Source: Tubulanus polymorphus
Lineage: Eukaryota; Animalia; Nemertea
DNA length: 64,000 nt
NCBI RefSeq assembly: GCF_964204645.1
Contig: NC_134027.1
Location: 2,574,485-2,638,484, forward strand
Direction: 5' to 3'
The notes under the pieces are model-generated. The model was not told where the DNA came from. It made no database searches and worked only from the letters and a program-made list of their open reading frames with translations. Both the position numbers and the translations under genes were made by a program. This document shows positions 24,729 to 36,000 of this stretch, piece by piece. Position 1 is the first letter of the stretch. Each line of letters opens with the position of its first letter.

Positions 24729-27093
24729 ATGGTTTTACCAATCTTTAACTTTTGGTTTTTCTTTAGCCAGTGACCTCTTCCTCAACAAGAGTTGCAACAC
24801 CAACTTCATTGAACCTTATTTGAGAACTTCTTGGCACCAGAAAATTTGCGTTTTATTCGTTGTATCCAGTCTGTATGAAATTTTCTTGGGACGAAATTCT
24901 GTATTTGTTATATCCGATGAATCGTTGTAACGACGTTCCACTGTATGCATCATGATATACCAAGTCAAACAAGCCATTTTTTTATAATAATAATTTTATT
25001 AATGAATTTATCAACATATCCGTTGTATATTCACAACAGGAATGCAGACCAGCGGCGAGAGGTGACAAGCAGCGTTTAAACTCGGGAGCTGGAAATGATG
25101 ACAGATGTTTATTTCATACATAGTGACTAGGTCATTATTGATTACAACTAACTAAAATTACAGTGAATTGTCTTTTACATATATCTTACAAATGTAATCT
25201 ATCTATTCACGATATTAGTCATTTAGTTCAATCTAATATTTATACATCTGCCTGTTTTCAATTCTCCTAGTCCTCTTTTCAACAGATCCATAGTTGAACA
25301 AAACATTGATTTTCAAGAAATACAATTTTAAGGTCCATGAAAAATGAAGGACCCGGAACCTGTTTCATCAGTCATCATTCAGTGAAATTGGCTGATTATT
25401 GAAATTTTTATCCACCAAGGTCCAGGATCATGAAAAAGTTAAACTCAATTTTTTTGTTCGATCACTTCGTAGTTACTTCCATGTTTTCAATGAGGAAAAC
25501 TATTCGAACTTAACCGTTTTTCAGCTCAAACAGGACCCTTGGGTCGATCTATCATTTCTGGATAGAACTAAGATTAACTGCAAGCCAGGGCCAATCTCAC
25601 GCGATGCAAGTAACACTGGATTATAATTAGAGCAAGCTAGAAATTTCTATGTACAATTCTTTGGAAAAAAATGCAATAAATGATATTTTGCACATAATAC
25701 ACACATGTAGTCAACTCGAGTACGAATGACACATTTATGTAAACAGTGTAAATTCCACAAGCCTGAAAAACCAAACCCTAAATATTGGCCACATTCTGCC
25801 CATATATATAAATATACAATGTAAACAAATATCAATCTGTTATTACAAACTAAATATTTGCTCAAGATTTCCAGGACACATCTACGAATAACTTAAATAG
25901 ATGTTACAATCATATTTGTATGTATTCACCTGCAGGATTCTTACATTCTTCCAGAATCACATCAAGATCACATCAAGTTTATTGATCCAGCACTTATCAC
26001 TTACGGTACACAGAAAGTTTGGGCCCAGTTCCCGAGTTCTGAGTTTAGATTTCACTTCGAGTTATCTCATTGAAAATGAACTCATTTAAACTCAAGACTA
26101 ACTCACAACTGAATCGAGTTCATTCGATTGATTACAATAAAACTCTCTATCAATTATGAAACACACATTGCTTCTTCAAATCTTTTCCAGAGAAGCTACA
26201 CAAAATACGTTAACTTTTAAATCATCGAAATCAATTGATTCAACACTTTTATTTCTATCTTTAAATAGACATAGCTCATCAGTCCATGGATGAGACAAGG
26301 TCTTCTTATAGACTGTTCATTTTCGTGCATTACGAAATGGCCAACTCAACTTATTCAACAGAATGACACCCCCTGCACACCTGTGTGTGTGTGAGTGTGT
26401 CATATAATATATCACATTTATTCAAGCACATACGATGTACATTTCATTTTACCGGTTTAATCAAAATCTATTTAACGGTAATTTAGTGGTAAAAATGCAC
26501 GTTTAAATCTTTACCCCATCTAAACACTCATGATTGTACATTTTAGTTGATGATGAATTAAGAGGAAACACTTCATCAATTTACTAGAAAAATAAGTAAA
26601 ATGTCGCTAATTCACAATTTCTCTTGATCTTTCATCATATCACTTCAAACACACTACGATTATCCTATTAATACTGCATCGTCATCATCATCATCATCAT
26701 GATAAATCTATATATCTCTGACCTTCGGTTAAAACGGCAGTAAGTTTACAAAACCAACGGTTGCGTCAGTAATATCAGGACATATAGTTTGTCTCTAATG
26801 TCTCTATATATAATAGAGCAAGAATATTTTCAACGATTCGGTGGCAATATACTCGACACTAAGTAATTATTCCCTTCAAACTCACAGCACAATCAACATT
26901 CAAATCGATTTTCCCATTTTTGAAATGGCGAAAAAGTTCAGTTTAGTGTTTTATTCTGCTCTCCTAATTCCATTCAATCAATAGTGAAACGAAGATCTTC
27001 ATTCGAACGCGATAATATACACACATATCTACACAACACTGACTCGAATCTGTGGCGTAGGAAAATATTCGCGTTTATTTCTAGACAACGTAT

Positions 27094-30000
27094 CTAACTA
27101 GTGAGTAGGTCACAGCGTCTGTAGTAGAGTAAATACGGTACACGTCCTGTGAACGGTTTTAGAACTTGAGACAGCGGTATCGAATGAACCATGCTGTCGT
27201 CGATGTGAACCCATCCCTGAATTCCGGGATGATAAACATCCACCGTGTAGTGACCACCGGCTGCATTACGGCCGTGGTGATATTCCGCTAAAAAATAAAG
27301 AAATCAAAATTATTACGATATCGTGACCCCTCCGCGGAGAAAATAACATAGGGTGGCCATGACTTTTATTCAACTTGATTTTTCCCTTGGGATTACTCCC
27401 CGAAATGCACGTTGTTTTCCATGACTTGATCAGCTAAGAATCAAATCACGTAACACAGTCATATATGTACAACTGAGATGAAAAATTTTCGATTTTAAGC
27501 GCAATTAAGCAATCTCAGCAAAGTTCCCCGATTTTCAGCTCATAAATTCCCTGATTTTTTTAAAGAAAAGAAACACCCTCCACTTTTCCTGATTTCCGGG
27601 TAAAGTGGCCGGTTCCCTTTAACAGTGCATGGAGATTTCTCACTTACCAGCAAATAACTTATACGACCTTTGGGTCTGGGTTAATTTAGATTTTGTGCTA
27701 GGAGACAGCAAATCTGTAAAACAAGAATGTGATTTTCACAATAGTTGCTCCGAGGCTTCATACAAACCCACATTTTGGGACCTAAAGTGAACCCTCGATG
27801 CCCGGTTGTTTTCAGATAATAATAACATTCTAATATACAGCTTGTTAAATGGAGAAAGAAATTGTGAAAGGTTGGAACAATTAGAGAATTTCGACACTAT
27901 TGTATTTTCCCTCCATTGAAAATTCATATTGAAAAAATTCATTTTCGCTCTCACCTTTGTTAATCTCTAAATCAACAGGATAGTCGATTCTTTTCAGAAG
28001 TTTTTGACAACCTCCATCTTTATTGAAAATGAAATACTTCAAATGCAGGATCAAAACAGGAGGCAACACTTCCAGCATCATACGTCGAGAGGCTTCGACT
28101 TCGGTTTTAGTTTTCGAGCAGGTGTAGCCCTGGACGCTTTCACGTGTTAGTAGACCTTCCAACGCATCTTTAACCGACATCACTCTCTCTGATTGTATAT
28201 CGAGCTGGAGCGTGAAGAACGGCTGAAGAGTCGCCGATTCTCGCGAGCCTGGTTGATGCAGAACCGAACGCATCTGACCGCAGAATATAGCGGAGATCGC
28301 GGAGGGTGTAAATTCGGCCTGAAATATCGAATAGTTTGCAATTACACGAATGAAATTCGAAGTATCAGTTCCAAGTTCATGCGTCTAATGGAAACAATTG
28401 AAATTCAATGCATAATAACTTAAGCAGGCTGGCCACTTATATTTCATAGGCTTTTTCCTTGATATTTCCCCGACTCTAAAAACAAGGCATCTTTCGTAAT
28501 TTTTTTTGTCACATACCACTCTAGTAATCATGCTTTTCTTTTTAGGTCCGACTTGCTCCCAGCTTTCATCTTCTTCATTCTCATCTGCAGACTCTGCTGA
28601 GCTGCCGTAACCATTTGCAACCTCCGTTTGGTTTTCTATGCATCGAATAAATAAAATAACATCCGAAATCAAAACGTTCTTAAATTTACAGAGAAAACAT
28701 TAAAGGGATTATTAATAGATTATCTCTATTTCGACACCCCTCCTTTCTGTATGCAGAGATCACTTTTTTCATTACCCTTGTGTACTGTGTATGTATTGTC
28801 TTACTACTGAATTTCAGGTATCAACCCATCCACCTCTTTACGGAGTTGCATCGATCCTAAAAGACAATTTACCTTTAGGCGCCGATTTGTCAGACAATGC
28901 TTTCTCCGCTGTTAACATTTCTTCATGGATTCCATTTAACAAATACGACAAAAATTCCTCGGCATCTTCCTGCTTTCCATGCTGCAAGTATAAATCATAC
29001 GCAAGAAAATTTAGCCACGTGATATAAATATCAACACAGCTGAAATGATGAAGAAATGTATACCTTGAACACATCAGATTTGCTCTGTAACATTTGATAA
29101 ACATAAACTGGTTCAAAACATGGACCGCAACTTATGTCTTGACGAATGTTGTCTTTCTTTCCCTTCGATCCTGTAACATCAAGCATAAGACTCATTAAAC
29201 CACGAACTTTGGTAAAAATTCCTTTTAATGAAACAATGGCGATGAATTTGTTACCTGAATGGTAGGATGGGAATTTCATAGCTATAAACTCATTGACGAA
29301 TTCAACACTGCAAAATGAGGATCAATATATCATGAATTAATATTTGATTGATAAAATTCGAAGATATTTCGAACATACTTACATGCTGTCGATGACTGGT
29401 GTTGAACTGGGTCCTTTTATTAATGCAGGATACGATGGCAGGGATTTAATCAAATGGTAAAATGGGGGGCAGGCTAATAAAGCTTGAAGAGTCTGAATAT
29501 TCATCGGTAAAAGAAAACAAAGTCGATTTTCCAACAATCGTATCAAAAAATATTAACATTCAAAGTGCAATAATCATTATTCATTTAAAAGGATACAGCA
29601 TTTACATAGCACCAATTTCCGCGATTAGAAAGTCCTCTCGGTTGAAGACTGATTGGACGGTGGTTCAATTGTAGGTTGAGCAACAAATCTGGAGATTAAC
29701 AAATTATTTAGAAAATATACTATATGCATTATTAAAGATGAAATAGATCTCCATTTACCAACTTTAACAATTTTACCAACTCAAGTATGATGATGAGTCT
29801 TTCGTTACACGCAGTTCTCCATGTATACACTGGGAGTTTTTAAGAAGGGCTGTACTCATTTTTTGAGTACCCTTGTTGACAAAAACAGTAATTACTAATA
29901 ACATCAATACACCGCAGTGCAGTGTACTAGCAAAGCCATCACTATTTATACTATTTAAGGTAAATATCTCATGGAAGTACTTACTTCCGAGCTGCTTTGT

Positions 30001-32228
30001 AGCAGTGATTTCGTTAATGTTCTTATTCTCTTCCTGTTTATCACTATTCTGAAAGTCAGCCGGTTGTTTCTGATCGTTGTCACCGGACATGTTACTAATA
30101 ATATCACTCGTCGCCAGGTTCGTCATCGTCGTACGTGACGAAGCGCCATCTTTCTTTTTAAACAGCGACGCCCACGAGAACGACGCGATTGAACTCGATT
30201 TCGGTTTCTCGATATTCACGTATTCAACATCGTTCGTAGATTCCTCGGTGTAATTAGTCCGAAGCGAAGCGGTGTCTTCGGATATATTTACAATTTCACC
30301 GACCGCAGGAGAAGCAGCAGCAGCAGGAGCAGCAGCAGCAGCATCGGGGAATACTGTTAATACAGTAGTGCAGTCATCAGTGTTTAATACGTCGGGACAA
30401 CTGGAATCAGTATTTACAATATCTATACAATTAACATCGATATTTGCTACATCGTTATCTTGTAAGAATTCTATTGTTAAACCGTTCGTTCTGTCGATAT
30501 CGCAATCTTCAACTGCTCCGATTATATTTCGCGTTGTCGTATCACAGTTAATTCTATTGTCATTGTTTATCGCGCGATTATTTTCTCCGACGTCTGGTTG
30601 AAGAACCACGATATCTTTATCCACAGTCGCTTTATCGTAATTATACAAACCGACCGGTTTGCTCAAATCCAGACCCTCGATTCGCCCTAGATCTGAACCT
30701 CGCGCCGTTTTGAACGAATGGTCATTTTCGACGAATAACTTTTCGTTATTAGTTCGAATATCGACACTGTCAGGGGGGGATGTACGAATATCGACGCAGT
30801 CAGGGGGAGATGTACGAAATTCCGTATGATTCGGAATAATGCATTGCGATTGCGAAATTGCGCCGCGTTCATTAATCAAAACATTCGCGCAATATTTGCT
30901 AGTTACACCGTTATCGCTAACGAGCGTTTCCGATGTAGGATTGTTGTAAACAGCGTCATAGTAACCGGGTGGTCGCTTTTTTTTATTCCGTCTTTCGTAC
31001 GGTTTACGATCGTTTGAAAGTCGACGCTCACCGGACAAGGAATATTCCGAGGCATCGGGTTTTTTATTTTCTAATTCGAGCGGTTTTTCATTATTATACC
31101 ACACTAGCTCTCCCCCGGCTGAAGAGGCACACGCTTTCTCTCCTCCAACTGAAAAGGAAGACACCTCCATTCCCCTGACTGAGGAGGCACACGCTTCCTC
31201 TCTCCCTGCCAAGGAACACGCCTGTCCCGCGGCTGATGAGGAACAGGTTGCTGATGAAACAATGTCACATTCCATGTCGATAACTACAGGTGAATCTCTT
31301 TGCGAAATACCGCTGGTTGCAGTGGTCACATGACTAACGACACTCTGCTGTATACGAACTCCAGCGAAACTCTCCGCTATTTCTGTAATTCGATCGACTC
31401 CAAAACTTAAACGAAATTCTTCCTCAGACCACGGAAACTGTAAATAGACAAGTCACTATTACAATCATCAGCATAAAAAATCTGGGTGGCCAATTTTTTA
31501 CTTGCTTTTCCCCTGACTATTTATTCCCTGACATATCTGTAAAACCGTTTTTATCTAAAATGGCTTTAAGTGAAATTACATAATTACAGATTACATAAAT
31601 AAATTGCAAGTAAATCAGTCTCATCAATTCACAGGAACAACTAGAGAAGGCTTCAGCAGTGAAATGGGGAATAGGGTTAGGGGTACATTTCATTCTTATC
31701 TTTCATATATCACGTAGATAATACAAACCTCAGGTCCATTTGGAGGCTGTGCCTCCTTCGGTCTCAATAGTATAGTTTTAACGCGCTGATTCTCTTCAGG
31801 GGTGAGACCACTGAAGTCACCAAATGACAGGCCCTAAAAATTAAAGTCAGAAGCCCAGATCATATATTTGGTTTTCATTTTCTTAAGAAGATACAGGAGC
31901 TGATCAAATCGATTGTTGAAAAACACAAGTTCAATCCATGAAGTAAAACCAAAATTTCCTATTTCTTTAAAGAATAACGTTGGCATTGCAATTATAAGTA
32001 TAAGTTTATTTATTGGCAAAATTATCGAATACGAATACGAATCTTAAATAAAATGTGCCGCCATCTAGCGGTAGTAGAGATGATTTGCAGAATCTGGTGC
32101 AAGGTTCGGCGGCTATTTTATCGTATGTAACGCGTAAATAACCATGGCAATAGATCAATTCGATGCCCAGATATGTGGACTCGTCATAAAACATGAGAAA
32201 TCTAAATTACCGTGAAGGAGAAATCCAT
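27094..32228 (-). CDS. USP10: Ubiquitin carboxyl-terminal hydrolase 10, about 12 exons
   Basis: MDFSFT|GLSFGDF (G3BP-binding FGDF motif), [12 protein letters not shown] and SWASLF in a long low-complexity N-terminus (large exon about 29987-31438); Cys box [15 protein letters not shown]|[12 protein letters not shown]; QEDAEEFL; [12 protein letters not shown]; [12 protein letters not shown]; His box [18 protein letters not shown]; ends [13 protein letters not shown]. Confidence 0.96.
29493..29596 (-). other. U12-type (minor spliceosome) GT-AG intron
   Basis: Donor |GTATCCTTTT matches the U12 5' consensus; branch-like TTTTCTTTTACC lies about 15 nt before the CAG acceptor with no polypyrimidine tract between; removal joins CYVNA|TLQAL in frame. 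Confidence 0.88.
30751..30818 (-). repeat. 30-bp coding tandem duplication in USP10 ([20 protein letters not shown])
   Basis: Two near-identical 30-nt units; a second, more degenerate set of 10-aa repeats (ACxSSxGGE-like) at about 31105-31245. Confidence 0.85.
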
Positions 32229-32296
32229 GATTTAGATTTTAGATAACATCATGCCCGCCGACAAACATATTCGTAGGTGAAGGAAGTGGATTTTGA

Positions 32297-32306
32297 CGCA
32301 TGCGCA
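32297..32306. promoter_or_regulatory. NRF1-like palindromic motif upstream of USP10
   Basis: ACGCATGCGC about 70 bp upstream of the USP10 ATG, next to an ETS-like AGGAAGTG at 32281. Confidence 0.5.
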
Positions 32307-32895
32307 GATCCCATGTCGGGCACCGGTTTCGGAAATGTTCCACTTGAACTTGAAGTTTAATTTTATTGCTCCATATAATATACAAGTTACATAGGAAATG
32401 ACATGCAATAAAATATTAACATCAAAACACAGGAAAAACAGTACAAAAGTGGACGTACATTTAATAACATAGGAATAGAAAATATTTGCAGATAAAATGT
32501 GTAATCCACTTATTCTGTGACTGTATGTAGTGCAATTTGGGTACCGCTGGAAGGAAGTTTAAAAGTCTAAAAGATGATTTATCTGGACTGCACAACTCTA
32601 CTGATTCGATTTAGACCTATTTGAGCTATGCACACTCAGAATTAAGCGAAATATCCCAAAAAGATCGTGGACAATCAAAAATAAATTTCACAAATTTCAC
32701 AGATACACAATTTCAAAAACATTGTTGGCTATTTTTATTTTCCATACATATTCCATTAATTCATATCACAATTTAATGGGAGATCCTGTAAGGAATAAGA
32801 GAGAGAAAAGTGCAAGAGGAAATTAAAAAAATAAACGATGTTCCGTAAATAGGACTCGAACCCCGGCCGGAGTTGCGACTCACACACGACCTTGA

Positions 32896-32909
32896 ATTGC
32901 CATAGCAAC
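32896..32909. promoter_or_regulatory. RFX X-box upstream of CFAP54
   Basis: ATTGCCATAGCAAC is one mismatch from the X-box form GTTGCCATAGCAAC, about 150 bp upstream of the ATG of a motile-cilia gene; followed by YY1-like AACATGGCGGC. Confidence 0.75.
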
Positions 32910-33051
32910 GAGCTGTTTAAACATGGCGGCGCCCGTGATAAACTTGAAATGATTATTTTTTAGTTGAAAATTATCACTTATCTGATAGAAAGGAACTGCA
33001 CATGAATATTCTCATATCACTTTCTAATAAATCACGCTCTGAAGCATCATT

Positions 33052-36000
33052 ATGGCGACTATTTTAAGAGGAGCAGCCGCAAATGTCATCAATAAAGGGC
33101 CTCCGAGTTCGTTTTATGACAGTCCCGGAAAACCAAACCCTGTATTTCAGGCTCTAGATCAAGAAATCAAATCATACAATGCTTATATGAAGAAACGGTC
33201 ATTACAGGGTTACATACCTCAACAAGATGAAGCTCACTCGCGGCCGTATGTATAAATCTGCAGCCTACCACTAACTACTATTTCATTCACATGTCACGTA
33301 TTCAAATCAATCATTTAGACTATTAGAATTATTCAGTTCAGAAAAGCAAGATGATAGTAAGCCTATGACTATAAATAATGTTGTGATTGTTTGTAGGGCT
33401 GATACTTTATTTGATTTATGGAACAAGTATGAACCTAGATTGCCTTCACTTTATTATGAAGAAAAGCTATTGGAAATGGGTGATAACCTTGTCGCTCTAA
33501 AGGTAGAGTCAATTTAAGTTTCTGAAACTGCCATACTTATGCCACTATTGATTTTTAGAACTTTCTGCGGTTTCAATTTAGTGGAGCTAAGTGCGATCTC
33601 CCTATTTCTACCACGGTGTAATACATAAGGTATAAGTCTCTATTTTTTGAAATTCATAGACATATCATGCTGTTTTAGGAATATAATCTAGCGTTGTGGC
33701 AATGTTACGTTCGTTATCTGAAACGTTTCGGTGATGTGAATGTAGAGGAGATTGTCGATGTGGAAAAGTTCAAAGAAACGTATTTTCCCGATGGCTTTGA
33801 AATGGAAAATGCTGGATTGACTGTGAGTAATAAATATCAGGTTTCAGATATAACAATGATTTTCACTTAAAACATAATCATTTATATGACAATTTGATTT
33901 TCCAGTTTCGAGCGTTGATGGGTAAAAGTATTTGTCAGTATCAAGTGATTCGTTTGTCCGATCCTAAACTACAGAATAAAGAATCTATTGATGATAGCAT
34001 TCGGTTGTTATCCTTCCTACGTCTGGTAACACAGGTCGTTTTGCCTCAGGAGAAACTTTGTTGGCTTGTCTTCAACGGTACAAATCTTCCCTTCTTTGTC
34101 TATTGCGAATGTCTGTAAAAATATCAAGTCAATTTGATTTTTTAATCTAATTTCAGGAACTGTCCATATCTATAGCGTTTCCAGGCATCTCATGTCTTTA
34201 GGTCATTCATCTAAAGTGAGTATTGCTCTGGGCCCAGTTTCACGAAAAAGTTTAAGCCTAAAACGGTTAAGTTTGAATTGTTGTCCTCATTGAAAATGTG
34301 AAGTAACTAATAGCGATTACAACAAAAATTCCAGTTTAACTTTTTTGTGAAACTGGGCCCTGATCCATTTCTCATTAGCTCATTTCTGATGTGTTATAGT
34401 GAATACATCATTTCTGTAGGTACTTGAGTATCTGTTATGGGCTTGTATGTGTATGGAAACTTCAGTTCCGTTGTTAGCTGTTCACTATCTGCAGTGGCGT
34501 TCTACCCTCTATACAGCTGTATGTCAATGCTACTTTGACTGTAAACAAGGCCAGCATGCTGAGGTAAGAATGAATTTTACAGATTTTCATGAATTTATAA
34601 ACAAAACAAGAAATTACTCTACATGGAATTTCTCATTCAGGCTTTCGCTCGTCGCGGATTATCGAAGATAAATGAGCTCAGTCAATTAGAATGTGTCAGC
34701 AGTTCAAAGGAAGATGTTAATACTGAGCTCAGCTTTCGACAAGCTACAATCAGGGTAAGGGGCTGAATGTAACCATATCATGATTATCAAGTACTTTGAA
34801 AATACTCATATAAAATACTAATATGAAATTCTTGTCATTATTCTCGTACAGATGGCGGTTATGATGTTCAAGAGATCCGCTTTTGAAACCAGGAAAAAAC
34901 CGAAGGGTATACTCCGTCCAAAACAACGAGCTAACTTAAAGGATGCACAGGGTGTAAGTAACAGTAAAAACCACAGTTTTATCCGGCACATTATTCACTC
35001 ATTGCTGCTAGTGTTACTGTAAATGAATGAATATTCCAGGGTCAGGGTACTCATAGAGATTGGAGAGTGAGTAATGCCTGGTGTTGTCTGCTATTGGATT
35101 CATGATGTGCTTCGTTTTTATCTCTGTTTTCAGTGTCCTTCTATTTTAAATGTCTGATCGCATTCATTTGCACTTATTTCAGGGTTTTGAGAGTTAAAAA
35201 GAAATAATTAAATTTTCGAATCGTTGTAATGTTATTGTATTATGTACACAGTTACCCTGGCCGCGAACCCCCAGTGAGAAAATGTTGGCAGAAATGTTTG
35301 AAGGAAGCGCGTCACAGTTTCTGTGTATAATTGAAACGCTAACGGACAGCAATCGTAGAACACTAGTAACATCACCTCCGGCTCCTGACAGTGAAGTCGA
35401 AATTCTCGATGTTTTTGCCGAATTATTTCTGGCTGCTCAAGAAATCCTCGCTGGTTCGTGTTCATCAAACACAGGGTTCTCCTCGCAGATCAGGAAAATC
35501 ATGGATTCCTGATTTATTTTTTCCTTCAGGGAATTCTGATTTTTTCTTGAAAGTCAGGGAATTTGAACTTTTTTTGTCTCGTTATTCTTGCTCGTGATGA
35601 GTGGCACAGGGAATTTTTGGCTATGGGTCTGGGAAATATTGGATATCCTGATCTGTAAGAACCCGGTAAACATCTCCATTGGAAATGTTTGTTTGCTTCG
35701 ATATGATTTTTTGATAATGTTCACTTTTCATTAAAGGCGGAGGAGGTAATACTCAACAGACAGTGATACAGCAGGGCAATTCGATCAATACAAATCGTTT
35801 ATCTGCAGTTATAGAAGGAAGGAGTTTAATTCAAATGGCCACGCAAGGTGAAGATGGAGTTCCGATCGGTGCTGTTGTCAAACTGATCAAGTTAGCTTAT
35901 TGCTATGAGCATTGGGAGCTGTATGATGTAATTATTGATCCCGTTCTGTATCAACTGAAGGTACGTTGTCGTCCGTAAAAACTACCGATTGTGGTCATAA

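Noticed and set aside
29171-29254. USP10 intron that is stop-free and in frame in the ORF track
   Set aside because: Short 3n stop-free introns arise by chance; no evidence for retention.
32341-32560. Possible LINE 3'-tail relic between USP10 and CFAP54 (similar tail near 17120-17135)
   Set aside because: Only an AATAAA plus a short-repeat tail; no RT homology visible.
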